Assembly (NCBI GenBank): GCA_965237525.1
Contig: CBDEFO010000008.1
Location: 1,344,001 to 1,408,000, forward strand
DNA length: 64,000 nucleotides
Source: Candidatus Latescibacterota bacterium
GTDB taxonomy: Bacteria; Latescibacterota; CBDEFO01
Reading direction: 5' to 3'
Below the pieces are notes generated by a model. It searched no databases, was not told the DNA's origin, and saw only the letters and a program-made list of their open reading frames with translations. This document shows positions 10,343-20,885 of the stretch, piece after piece; within the stretch, counting starts at the first letter, position 1; every line of letters begins with the position of its first letter. The position numbers and the translations under genes are program-made.

Positions 10343-11395
10343 CTACACCATTATCTCTCTCTGGTAGGCGAAAAGAGCCGGCGTTCCGCCTGTGTGGAGA
10401 AACATGACTGTCGCATCATTAGGGATATTTCCCTTCTGGATGCAATCAGAAAGTCCGGCCATAGCCTTGCCGGTATAAACGGGGTCTAAAAGGATTCCTT
10501 CCGTTCGGGCGACGAGCCTTATAGCCTCCAAAGACTCAGGCGTTACAGCTCCGTATCTTTCGCCCACATAGTCGTCATAGTTGGTTATCTCGTGAGGCGA
10601 CAAAGATATATCTATTTGCAGAAGCTTGGCAGTGTTGTTAGCTATATTAGCTATATCTACAGATCGCTCTTCTTCCCAGCGTATGGGCGCAATCCCGACG
10701 ATATGCGCATCCATCCCTATAGCCTTAGCTCCTAATTCTAATCCTGCCTGTGTCACATTAGCGGAGCTCAAGAAAAGATAGTCCACCTTTAAGTCTTCCT
10801 TTTGCATCTGCTTTTGAAGTTCTAGAACACAATTAACATAGCCCACAGCAGCCAGAGCAGTCGACTCTCCAACGACATTCATAACGTATGGATTGCGGCC
10901 TTGACCCTTCAACTTTGCAGCTGTATCCCTAAAGATCCCATCAAGCATGTAAGCGTCTTCCACGCCTCTGGCGCCCTCCACGATCTTTACCTCGGCTCCC
11001 AATATGTGGAATATCAGCATATTGCCCTGGGGTTCGGAACCCTTTGCGCCCGGAATCAGATGCAACACGATGTCTATACCCAATTTCTTGGCGGCCGCAG
11101 CGGTCTGACGGCAAAAATTCGACTGTGTCCCCGCTCCTGTTACGACAACGTCAGATCCCTTTTGGACTACGTCTCCAAAGAGATACTCCAGCTGACGAGT
11201 CTTATTTCCGCCGAAGGCAAGACCCGTAAGATCGTCTCTTTTCATAAAGATAGAGGGACCCTTTAGCGCCTCAGAAAGCCGGGGACATTCTTCGATAGGC
11301 GTCGGCAGGGCCGCAAGTTCGACTCTCGGTAATCTGTCGATCTTACTTTGAAGCTCTTCAGGAGTTAGGAGCCCATTTCTCACTATTTCGGTCAT
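10343..11395 (-). CDS. D-cysteine desulfhydrase / ACC deaminase family PLP enzyme
   Basis: KRDDLTGLAFGGNKTR, QSN, EGILLDPVYTGKA, FLHTGG. Confidence 0.9.
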   Translation of the reverse strand: MTEIVRNGLLTPEELQSKIDRLPRVELAALPTPIEECPRLSEALKGPSIFMKRDDLTGLAFGGNKTRQLEYLFGDVVQKGSDVVVTGAGTQSNFCRQTAAAAKKLGIDIVLHLIPGAKGSEPQGNMLIFHILGAEVKIVEGARGVEDAYMLDGIFRDTAAKLKGQGRNPYVMNVVGESTALAAVGYVNCVLELQKQMQKEDLKVDYLFLSSANVTQAGLELGAKAIGMDAHIVGIAPIRWEEERSVDIANIANNTAKLLQIDISLSPHEITNYDDYVGERYGAVTPESLEAIRLVARTEGILLDPVYTGKAMAGLSDCIQKGNIPNDATVMFLHTGGTPALFAYQREIMV

Positions 11396-11740
11396 AGTAT
11401 AGCCCTCGTTCGTTTTAAGGTCTAAATTCTTCTCCTGACAGGTAGTCGCACCATTGTCAGTTAATAGAATCAATGTAGCCAACTTTTCATTCGATGTCAA
11501 GTTTCCCCGCTTTGCAAGAAAGCAATGAGCTGCAACGATTGAAGAGATTCGACAGGAAGATTCTTGATAGGGTGATGACTCCGGTCAATTACTCAGAATG
11601 TCCGGGGTTCATCTTCTGTGTTTGTTCCCCCATAATATACTATCCCGGTTCCCATCTTTACAACAGAACAAAGACAGATACCTGTTGTTGGTGTTGAAAT
11701 CTGATGAATTCATTTCTACTGCAGGAGCGCCTTATTTGAA

Positions 11741-13713
11741 ATGACATCAACACAAAGAAAGACTACATCCAACGCAGTAACAACAAAAACTTCAGGTATT
11801 ACTTCAGGTCTATTTTTATCGGAGCGCTGTTATCACTCTTTATAGGTATTGCTGTACCCTATTCCAGTATGATCATTAAGGGGACGCTCCTTGCCCAAAG
11901 TTACAGCACTCCTGCCGCCCTGTTTGTCTTCTTCATCTTCCTTGCGATCATCAACGTGATTTTAGGCGCCCTTAGAAGGAGCTTTGCCCTCAGCTCTGCA
12001 GAGTTAGCTACAGTCTATATTATGGCGATGATCGCAACAGCTATACCCACCTTCGGATTTTCCGAATACCTTCTACCTATCATCGCTGGCCTTTACTATT
12101 TTGCCACACCTGAAAACGACTGGGCATACCTTATTCATCGCCATGTTCCAGAATGGATAACACCAAAGGGTCCCGGTGCGATTAGGTATTTCTATGAGGG
12201 TCTCCCCCAAGGCCAGGCTGTGCCCTGGAAAGAATGGTTTGAGCCGATATTTTACTGGTGTCTGTTTATTGTCACGCTCTATCTTGTGATGATATGTACG
12301 ATGATAATATTGAGGAAGCAGTGGATGGAAAAAGGGAGGTTGCTCTATCCACTGGTACAGGTCCCCCTCGAGATGATACAGGACGATGAGAGGCGCTCTC
12401 TCGTCAAACCTTTTTTCAGGAATCCGGTTATGTGGATTGGTTTTGCCGTTCCCCTCATAATACAGAGTTTCAATGCCCTGCACAATTACTTACATTTCAT
12501 CCCGAAAATTGAACTATACATGAGCGTGCCGCTGTTCAGGAATACTACATGGATCCTCTTCTATTTGAACGTACCCCTGCTCTGTTATGCGTATCTTTTG
12601 AGTCGCGACATTGCATTGGGAATTTGGCTCTTTTTTCTTCTGTTGAAAGTAGAGAAGGGCATATTCAACATTATTGGCTTTGAGAGCACAGAAAATTTGA
12701 GCACGTATGCAAATGCGGCCGGTCCTTACCTTGCGCATCAGGCGATGGGAGCTATGATAGTCTTGGTGTTGTCAGGGCTATGGGTAGCCAGAGGACATCT
12801 TAAAGATGTGTTCAGGAAGGCCTTCAGGGGAGACCCGGATGTAGATGATTCAGGGGAGGTACTATCTTATCGAACAGCTGTTATTGGGCTTTTGATCGGA
12901 CTTTTTCTTATGAGCATCTGGCTCTGGAAGTCGGGTATTCCCATCTGGATTGTTCCCATATTCCTATTTGCAGTATTTGTTATATTTACAGCCCTGACCA
13001 GAGCGGTGATCGAGGGAGGTTCATCGGTCATCAGGTCGCCTATAATTCCTTCAGACTTCGTCGTTTCTGGATTGGGGACCAGTGTCCTGGGGTCATCCGG
13101 ACTGGTAGCCCTGGCGTTCACGTATGTCTGGAGCTCAAATTTGCGAATCTTCTTTATGCCCTGTTTTGCCAATGCCTTAAAATTGGCAGAGGAGATAAAG
13201 GGGAATAAAAGACCACTGATATGGGCGGTGGCAGTAGCTGTAGCAGTCACCTTAGCAGGGTCTATATGGGAGATTATCAATCTGTCTTACAAGCATGGCG
13301 GGATCAATCTCCACGAATACTTTTTCATCGGTGTTCCCCGAAATGCTTTTAGCTATATAGCTCCCAAATTCTCCGATCCTGTCGCGGCGAGCATAGGAGG
13401 ATGGATATTTACCGCCGTAGGTGCTCTTTTGATGGGTCTTTTGACGTTTGCCAGGTATCGGTTCTTGTGGTGGCCTGTACACCCTCTGGGATTTGCCACC
13501 AGCACGTTCTATTCTATGAATTGGGTCTGGTTCAGCGTATTCTTGGCGTGGCTCTTTAAGACTATAATACTCAAACATGGGGGAGCACCCTTGTACAGGA
13601 TGACGAGACCATTTTTCCTGGGATTGGTGTTGGGAGCGGTATTTGTTGCGGGGATGTGGTTGGTCATAGATTTTTTCACAGGGATGAACAGAAATGTCCT
13701 CGGATTTTATTAA
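11741..13713 (+). pseudogene. DUF6785/DUF6784-type polytopic membrane protein (putative transporter) with an N-terminal frameshift; 11869..13713 is open
   Basis: Multi-TM, RLLYPLVQVP, WWPVHPLG, RPFFLGLVLG. ATG 11741 joins ITFRSIFIGALLSLF only if one T is restored at ~11803. Confidence 0.6.
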
Positions 13714-13753
13714 GGCGTAGGGGAATACGGAGATAAAAACTCAATCTGAATAT

Positions 13754-13877
13754 TTGCAGCAGAACGGAGTACTGACGCCGCCGAAGAGGCAACGTCCGAA
13801 CGGAACGGATGACCCTAGAACCTGTGTTCCTTTAGAGAACAAAGTACGTCAGCGTCGCTGGTTATACTTGACTGCAA
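13754..13877 (-). ncRNA. Candidate 6S RNA-like structured RNA
   Basis: Nested helices TTGCAG/CTGCAA, AGTA/TACT and CTGACG/CGTCAG. The core CTTTGTTCTC..GGAACACAGGTT..GTTCGGACGTT resembles cyanobacterial-type 6S RNA as I recall it. Confidence 0.45.
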
Positions 13878-13905
13878 CAGGAGAATCGCATATATTTCTA
13901 TCGTC

Positions 13906-14769
13906 TCATTTAGCCTTCTTCCCAAAGATAGGCTGTTCCAAGATGCTTTGGACTTCGTAGATAGAGCCAGTGCGATCGCTGTACGGACGGGGAATGCGCA
14001 CGGGAATCTGGGTAAGGCGCGGCTGGTATGTCGGCTCACCTTGGAGAATGCAGTTGTTGAAAGCGTCCCAATCAGGAACTCCTAAAAGGGGCCAGGCGTC
14101 AACAGCGCAGTATTGAAGGAGTAACAGACGGCGCGGCTTATTCGAGACGTTGGGAGCGGAACCGTGCAGTGTGCGGACGTGATGAATTGAAATGCCGCCG
14201 GCTCTGACCTCAAGAGGAATGGCGCCGTCAGGATCAAAATCGGGGTCAGTGACAGCACCGACGAAAAAGCCGTTTTGGTGATGGTTGTAGATCGGGCCCT
14301 TATGGGAGCCTGGGATTACGAGTAGGCAACCGTTTTCTTTCGTCATATCGTCAATAGCCACACCTACGGCCAAGAGGTCATCGTTAGTGTGGGGATAGAA
14401 CGCAAAGTCCTGGTGCCATTCTACTGAACTGCCGAATTCGGAGGATTTCATATTGAGTTTGTCGCCGTTATAGCGAATAGCTGGTCCGATTAATTGAGAT
14501 ACGATAGCAAGGATTCGGCTGTGGCGCAGAGTGCTATTGTAGACCTGATGGTTCAGTGACGGATTTTTGAGACGACGCAGTCGAGGTTCTTGTGGTGTAT
14601 GGCCGGGTTCGAGGTCAAAAACATCGGTGTGCTCCCTCATCTGACGTGATTTTTCGACAAATTCGTCTGTGACCCGGCAAAGTTCTGTGATCTCTTCTTC
14701 GGAAAGAACATTTTCGACGCTGATATAACCGTTTCTGTGGTAGAAGTCGATCTGATCTGGAGTAAGCAT
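13906..14769 (-). CDS. Phytanoyl-CoA dioxygenase (PhyH) family protein
   Basis: WHQD, NGCLLVIPGSH, HGSAPN..R; AAGGAG RBS before ATG 14769. Confidence 0.9.
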   Translation of the reverse strand: MLTPDQIDFYHRNGYISVENVLSEEEITELCRVTDEFVEKSRQMREHTDVFDLEPGHTPQEPRLRRLKNPSLNHQVYNSTLRHSRILAIVSQLIGPAIRYNGDKLNMKSSEFGSSVEWHQDFAFYPHTNDDLLAVGVAIDDMTKENGCLLVIPGSHKGPIYNHHQNGFFVGAVTDPDFDPDGAIPLEVRAGGISIHHVRTLHGSAPNVSNKPRRLLLLQYCAVDAWPLLGVPDWDAFNNCILQGEPTYQPRLTQIPVRIPRPYSDRTGSIYEVQSILEQPIFGKKAK

Positions 14770-15067
14770 ACAACTCCTTTCTAAACTTTGAAAAACTGAA
14801 AATAGCTTAACATATTCGGGGTTATAGCAATAAAGGTACAAAAGAAATTGGACAATGTCAATACGGATTGTGAAAAAATTTATCGCCTTCTACTTTAAGC
14901 GCGCTATCCCCGACAGATTCGATCAGGGAAAGAGAAGCCAATCTCGTAGTCAGTAGACAGGTCAATCTGATCCTGTCTACTATTTTGGATCTTCATAAGC
15001 TTGCGCAGATCATTGTGACCGATACTTAGTAGATAGATTCAACCACTGTCAGACAAAGAAACAGCCT

Positions 15068-15907
15068 ATGGAGTCTTGGGTTATAGAAGTTCTAATAGAG
15101 GCACTGAAGATTACGAGTCTGGTCTTCGGAATGATGGTAGCCCTGGACATGGTAAACGTGGCCACAAAGGGACGGATTAAGGCCGTTATTCAAGGAGGCA
15201 GAGGGCGCCAGTACATAATCGCCTCATTTTTTGGGGCCACACCGGGCTGTCTTGGGGCATTTACCAACGTCTCGCTATATGTGCACGGAGGACTCACGTT
15301 CGGGGCGATCGTAGGTGGGATGATCGCTACCTCAGGAGATGAGGCCTTTGTGATGCTGGCGATGTTTCCCCGTAAGGCAGTTCTCCTATTTGTTGTCCTG
15401 TTTGTAGCAGGTGTACTGTTCGGGTGGCTGACAGACCGGATCGTACCGCGTCTTCATATTAGGGTAAGCGAAGACTGCCAGTTGGACGCCTATCATGAAG
15501 GAGAAGAGACGGGCGGACACTACATAAGGCTTCATGTTTGGATCCACATCGTGCGCACACACCTGTGGAAGGTATTTCTCTGGACATCTTCTGCATTAGT
15601 CTTAGTTCACATCGGTCTGGAATACTGGGATATGAGAGGCTTCGTCACGAACCATATGATGTGGGTGCTGTTACTTTCTGGACTTATTGCAGTAATCCCA
15701 CAATCGGGGCCCCATCTGATCTTCGTGATGCTCTTTGCAGAAGGTGTGGTCCCCTTCTCTGTGCTCTTTGTTAGCTCCTTTGTGCAGAACGGACATGGGC
15801 TGCTGCCCCTTTTGGCCTACTCTTTGAAGGATGCAGTCTTAATCAAGTTGTTCAGCACAGTGTTCGGATTAGGAGTGGGCATTGTCCTTTACGGATTGGG
15901 ACTGTGA
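15068..15907 (+). CDS. DUF2899/ArsP_2-type putative heavy-metal (Mn/As) exporter
   Basis: GATPGCLGAF, IATSGDEAFV, IPQSGPH, QNGHGLLPLL; multi-TM. Confidence 0.75.
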   Translation: MESWVIEVLIEALKITSLVFGMMVALDMVNVATKGRIKAVIQGGRGRQYIIASFFGATPGCLGAFTNVSLYVHGGLTFGAIVGGMIATSGDEAFVMLAMFPRKAVLLFVVLFVAGVLFGWLTDRIVPRLHIRVSEDCQLDAYHEGEETGGHYIRLHVWIHIVRTHLWKVFLWTSSALVLVHIGLEYWDMRGFVTNHMMWVLLLSGLIAVIPQSGPHLIFVMLFAEGVVPFSVLFVSSFVQNGHGLLPLLAYSLKDAVLIKLFSTVFGLGVGIVLYGLGL

Positions 15908-16007
15908 ATTCGAGTAGGTAGTGGCGCATCTATCCCCGACAGACTCAATCGGGGATAGATGGGGAAAGAGGATTGTTCCGATCTACTGCTAAACAGGGAG
16001 GTTAATT

Positions 16008-17120
16008 GTGCAAGATGATACGATTCGCTTCGGAATCATCGGTGCTGCCGGCAGGGGGGACGGTTTTACCAGAGTCCTCCAAGGGCACCCTGAAGCTGTA
16101 GTTGTCGCTCTTTGCGATATCCAAGAGGATAAGGTGAGACAAATCTCCGAAGAGATCGGCGTAGAGCACGTGTTCACAGACGCAGAAGATATGCTCGATT
16201 CGGGAAAGATCGACGCTGTGGTTGCGGGGACGCCCATGCACTTCCATGTGCCGCAGTCGATTATGGCGTTGGAGCGAGATCTGCACGTTATCAGCGAGGT
16301 ACCCGCAGGGATATCAATAGAGGAGTGTCGTGACCTTGTGCGAGCAGCCAGACAGAGCAACGCGAGGTATATGATGGCGGAGAACTATACCTATATGAAG
16401 CCCAATATCCTGGTGAGAGAGCTGGTGCAAAGAGGACTGTTCGGTGAGATCTACTACGCAGAAGGCGCCTACATCCACGAGTTGAAGGCTCAAAACGAGA
16501 AGACCCCCTGGAGACGCCGATGGCAGACCGGCGTAAACGGCTGCACCTATGGCACCCACAGTCTGGGACCGGTGTTACAGTGGTTCGAGGGTCAGCGCGT
16601 TGTATCCGTCTGTGCCATGGGGACAGGACATCACTACAAGGACCCGAGAGGAGATCACTACGAGACAGAGGATTCGGTCACGATGATGTGTCGTCTATCC
16701 AGTGGTGCTCTAGTCCAGATCCGGGTCGATATGCTCTCCGACCGCCCCCACAATATGGCCCATTATGTGCTTCAGGGGACGGACGGATCTTATGAATCCT
16801 CAGATGCCTACAAAGGTATCCCCAAGATCTGGCTGAGGTCCCGAAGCGAGGAACTCCGGTGGGAGCCGCTTGAGAATCTCGAAGAGGAGTTTCTGCCTGA
16901 GTACTGGAGAAAACCGCCGGAGGCCGCCCTCAAAGCGGGCCACGGTGGAGGGGACTACTGGGAAGTGCACAACTTCATTATGGCTATCAAGCAGGACAAA
17001 GAGCCGACGATTGGCATAGATTGTGCAATGGATATGACCCTGCCTGGGCTTGCGAGTCAGCAGTCCATCGCCCAGGGCTCGACCTGGGTTGCTGTTCCGG
17101 ACTCGCGAAACTGGACGTGA
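16008..17120 (+). CDS. Gfo/Idh/MocA family oxidoreductase
   Basis: IRFGIIGAAGRG, HVISEVP, YMMAENY, GHGGGD. Confidence 0.9.
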   Translation: MQDDTIRFGIIGAAGRGDGFTRVLQGHPEAVVVALCDIQEDKVRQISEEIGVEHVFTDAEDMLDSGKIDAVVAGTPMHFHVPQSIMALERDLHVISEVPAGISIEECRDLVRAARQSNARYMMAENYTYMKPNILVRELVQRGLFGEIYYAEGAYIHELKAQNEKTPWRRRWQTGVNGCTYGTHSLGPVLQWFEGQRVVSVCAMGTGHHYKDPRGDHYETEDSVTMMCRLSSGALVQIRVDMLSDRPHNMAHYVLQGTDGSYESSDAYKGIPKIWLRSRSEELRWEPLENLEEEFLPEYWRKPPEAALKAGHGGGDYWEVHNFIMAIKQDKEPTIGIDCAMDMTLPGLASQQSIAQGSTWVAVPDSRNWT

Positions 17121-17322
17121 CAGCAAAACTTTGACCAAGGGCGTTATATGAAATGGCTGACAAATACCAAAGGCAGATGGTAAGAAAACTCAGTTAGATA
17201 TTCCGAAATAAGTCTTTAATGATGGTTCTCTTTTGTGTAACCCGAATAATTCACAAAAAAAGGCCGTACATTAATTAAGAGATTGTATTATATTATAGTT
17301 ATGCGGTTTAACCACCTTCGGT

Positions 17323-17463
17323 GTCATTGCGAGCCGAAGGAGAAGCAATCTCGATTCTGTGGTAGATGTAATACTCTCGGGCTCTCATAGGAGACCACTA
17401 TAAAACCTTGAGATTGCTTCCCCGATAGACTCAATCGGGGACCGCTTTGCTCCTCGCAATGAC
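17323..17463. repeat. GTCATTGCGAG...GAAGCAATCTC / GAGATTGCTTC...CTCGCAATGAC palindromic intergenic element; half copy at 43743..43789
   Basis: Nested inverted repeats seen directly; carries a 21-bp hairpin insert at 17420..17440. Confidence 0.8.
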
Positions 17464-17694
17464 TCCACCAAGTTTATGAATTAATCGGGCTAATAGTGTT
17501 CTCGTTAGAGGGGTTAGAATAACTATCTTGCTTCTACCTCCAAAAAGAACCGTCATTATTGGACGTAGAGGAGCCTAATTGTGCGTCTTGGGAGGAACTG
17601 GATGGGACAAAGGTTATATCGGACCACGAAAAAAATACTTGACAAAGGTGCAACTATTCGTTATTTATAGGTGTTGGAGGAAAAGTAGGTCAAA

Positions 17695-17961
17695 ATGTAA
17701 GGTGGCAAACTCTATGCAGGAAATCTTAGTTATTCTGTAACTAATGAGGAGTTGGAAGAGTTATTTTCCAACTACGGTGAAGTCAGGCAGGTCAATATAA
17801 TCGAAGCTAAGGGTTTTGGATTTGTTGAGATGTCCAACTCATCGTAAGCTGAAGAAGCAAAAGAGGCATTGGACGGCACCGATTTTAGCGGACGTGCTTT
17901 GGAGAGTGTACGAAGCTCGCCCACCTATAAGTAGCCAAAGGAGGGGTCGCTGAAGATATTA
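17695..17961 (+). pseudogene. RRM RNA-binding protein pseudogene
   Basis: M*GGKLYAGNLSYSVTNEELEELFSNYGEV...KGFGFVEMSNSS*AEEAKEALDG; TAA at 17698 and 17845 plus a frameshift before RVYEARP. Confidence 0.85.
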
Positions 17962-18121
17962 GGACATTTGAGACCTAATCCTGATTGAGTGATAAGATCG
18001 CCATTTTGTATATCAGCGAATAAGAGAGGAATCTTATACTTTCCTTTTCCGCTAAATGCTAAGTGAAATTGCACTAAATGCTAAGTGAAATTCCAGAATC
18101 CCCTCGAAAGGAGCAGAAAGT

Positions 18122-18862
18122 ATGAGGTTGACACCTGAGCAGAAAACGTTCTATGCGGACAACGGCTTTTTGGCTATTGAAAATGTGGTCCCTGCTAAGT
18201 TAATTGACAAGATGAGCAGGCGCATCGAAGAGCTATGCGAATCCTGGGATAGCGAAGAGGCAAGAAGGGTAGGTATGCAGCAGGAGGCAGAGATCGAAGG
18301 GACAATAGCGACGTCCAAGGCAAAGAAGTCGGTGCGGAAGTTCTACAATCTCATTCCCTATGAACCCGTCTTCAGGGAGCACGCAACGGACGGGGAGTTG
18401 ATAGAGCTGGTAGAAGATATCATCGGAAACCCCATTTGCCTCTATGCGGACCAAGCTCTGCTAAAACCCCCCATGGTGGGATCGGAGAAGATGCCACATC
18501 AGGACAACGCCTACTTTCGCGTCGAACCCGCCGACGCAGTCACAACCTGCTGGTGCGCCCTGGACGATGCCACAACCGAAAACGGCTGTATGCACTATCT
18601 GTCCGGCTCGCACAAGCGCGGACTTGTCGCACACGAAGAGATCCCGGGCACACCGCATCTTGTGCCCGATGACTTCGACCGGGACAAAACAGTTGCCGTG
18701 CCTATTAAAGCGGGCGGTATCATATTCCACCACTCATTGACACTTCATTTCTCACCCCCGAACAATACCCAAAAATGGCGCCGAGCGTTTGTATGCCACT
18801 TTGTCCGCTCCGATGCCACGATACCGGGAAAAGATCCGAAAGAGTTCCTCCAGCTTTCTTAA
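18122..18862 (+). CDS. PhyH family dioxygenase
   Basis: LLKPP, HQDNAY, NGCMHYLSGSH, HFSPPN..WRR. Confidence 0.9.
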   Translation: MRLTPEQKTFYADNGFLAIENVVPAKLIDKMSRRIEELCESWDSEEARRVGMQQEAEIEGTIATSKAKKSVRKFYNLIPYEPVFREHATDGELIELVEDIIGNPICLYADQALLKPPMVGSEKMPHQDNAYFRVEPADAVTTCWCALDDATTENGCMHYLSGSHKRGLVAHEEIPGTPHLVPDDFDRDKTVAVPIKAGGIIFHHSLTLHFSPPNNTQKWRRAFVCHFVRSDATIPGKDPKEFLQLS

Positions 18863-18875
18863 AGGGAAGAAAGGC

Positions 18876-19170
18876 ATGCTGATATCTGCGGAGAAAGTGC
18901 ACTTCCAAAGACAGGTAACTTGATTTGCCACAGTTTTTTTCAAAGGATGAACTGGAAGAACTTCGTGCCGCATCTGAGCGGTTAGTGGGCAAGTACACAG
19001 CGGGCCTGCACGGATGCCTCCCGCGGCTTGATAACGACAAAGATGCCCTTGGGGGCATGGGCCACATCCTTCCCAGTGACACGCGCGAAGGACTCTTTCT
19101 CGAAGCGGTAGAACATCCTGGTGTCTGGAGAGACTTGAAGCGGAGCCGGGCTATACGGATCTTGAACTGA
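18876..19170 (+). pseudogene. Degenerate N-terminal fragment, probably of another PhyH-type gene
   Basis: Broken frames giving EKVHFQRQG..LPQFFSKDELEELRAASERL, similar to PhyH N-termini. Confidence 0.35.
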
Positions 19171-19434
19171 ACGCCTTACACTGCGACTGGTTTTATCGTT
19201 AAATTGATTGAAAGTGCCTGGGCCATTCAGTTTTCCGTTTTAATGGTGGGGAAGACCTAAAGCCGAGGAGGGCTAGCCCACCTTGCCAAAATTAACTGAA
19301 GTACGCCGTTGACCCCCGATTGAATCTACCGGGGGCCGAACCTGAGCGGACACTACTTGGACACAAGTGCAAAAAGAAAAGGACTTCGCTTGGAAATAAA
19401 TTCTTCTAAGTGCTTTATGGGACGCAAGATATAG

Positions 19435-19482
19435 TGGAGGTGGCAAAGGGACTCGAACCCCCGACCTGCTCATTACAAGTGA
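19435..19482 (-). mobile_element. 3' half of tRNA-Thr(TGT), a probable att core of an integrative element
   Basis: Reverse complement TCAct TGT aaTGAGCAGGTCGGGGGTTCGAGTCCC...CCA; 5' half absent; GGACAC repeat pairs on both sides. Confidence 0.75.
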
Positions 19483-20032
19483 AATCTAAGGGGCTTATCT
19501 AACGTATTGTAAGATAGCAAGACATGCGATAAGACCCTATTTTACTTGACTTTATTACTTCTATGTAATATTATCAGCTTTAACGATTTTATACCACTTT
19601 TGACAGGCTATGGACACTAGTTGGACACCAGTTTTCTGTGCTTATCAATCGTACGTAGCTTTCGAACTCCCTATAAAGCTTTACAGTCGCATCTACATCA
19701 TGCATAGGATAATTCCGATTAGAGCTAACTATGGAGAGAAAAAGAAAAGGAGCTCTAAACAAGCCCATCAGCCTTGCTTTCAATTCCTCTAGATTCATTG
19801 GTTACACCTCCAATCGTTACTATTTCGCATATCTTTCCATTTCGGTGCGCTATCCGAAGTTCGTATATACCCCTTGTGAAAGATCGCTTCTGGTGTCTCA
19901 ACATTTTAGCCCTTGAATTTTAGTTCCCATAATTGGGAAGTTATATATACCTGAACCAATTATGATACTAATATGCATCTAAATTTTAGGCTATTTGCGA
20001 CCATTTCTGACGGGCTGTCTATTTGAGACTCT

Positions 20033-20737
20033 GTGAGCTTTTGTGCAAATTTATCTAACGACCCCAGTTTAACGGTATTCTGCTTCGTAACAGGTGGCTG
20101 GATCGTTTCGCTGTGCTTGCACGAAATTGGACATGCGGTTGTAGCCTATTGGGAAGGTGATAGAGATGTAGCGAATAAAGGTTACTTTACGCTCAATCCC
20201 CTCAAATATACTCATGGTTTGTTGAGCATCGTACTACCCATGGTGTTTCTAGCAATAGGAGGCATTGGTTTACCAGGTGGTGCGGTTTACATTGACATAG
20301 AAGCAATAAGGAGTAAATTTATGCGCAGTCTGATGTCAGCCGCAGGGCCTACAGCCACAGTTATGTGTACCATCGTTCTGTTAGTACCATTCAACACAGG
20401 TTTGGTAAGTGTCGATGTGTCCAATCATTCTGAATTCTGGGCTGGTCTATCGCTGCTTGCCTTTTTGCAAATTACCGCGCTTTTATTCAACCTGCTCCCA
20501 ATTCCTGGTCTTGACGGGTTTGGGATCATAGAACCTATTTTACCCAATATACTACTGAAGCTTACTCGTTATATGGGATCATTTATCTTCATCATTATCT
20601 TTTTGTTCCTCCTTTTCCTTGATACCCCTATAAGACAGGAATTCTGGTCAAGGATTTGGTCTATCAGTTCGCAGGTCAACCTCGATTTTGAATTGGTCAC
20701 CGCAGGTTTGAGGCTATATAACTTTTGGTCCACTTAG
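20033..20737 (+). CDS. Site-2 protease (M50) family protein
   Basis: HEIGH, AAGP, FNLLPIPGLDG; start uncertain. Confidence 0.85.
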   Translation: MSFCANLSNDPSLTVFCFVTGGWIVSLCLHEIGHAVVAYWEGDRDVANKGYFTLNPLKYTHGLLSIVLPMVFLAIGGIGLPGGAVYIDIEAIRSKFMRSLMSAAGPTATVMCTIVLLVPFNTGLVSVDVSNHSEFWAGLSLLAFLQITALLFNLLPIPGLDGFGIIEPILPNILLKLTRYMGSFIFIIIFLFLLFLDTPIRQEFWSRIWSISSQVNLDFELVTAGLRLYNFWST

Positions 20738-20885
20738 GAGACAAATTATCTGAAAGGGCTTAGACACCATATGAGTAATCTTGATTTACTGTATAAAGAT
20801 GAGCCCAGGACAAAAAATGGCAATTATCGGAAACAAAATAACTGGTTGAGAAGCTGCATGTCTAGAGAAGGAGGGAGGGCTTAAA

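Noticed and set aside
19435..19482. Functional tRNA-Thr
   Set aside because: The D arm and 5' acceptor strand are absent.
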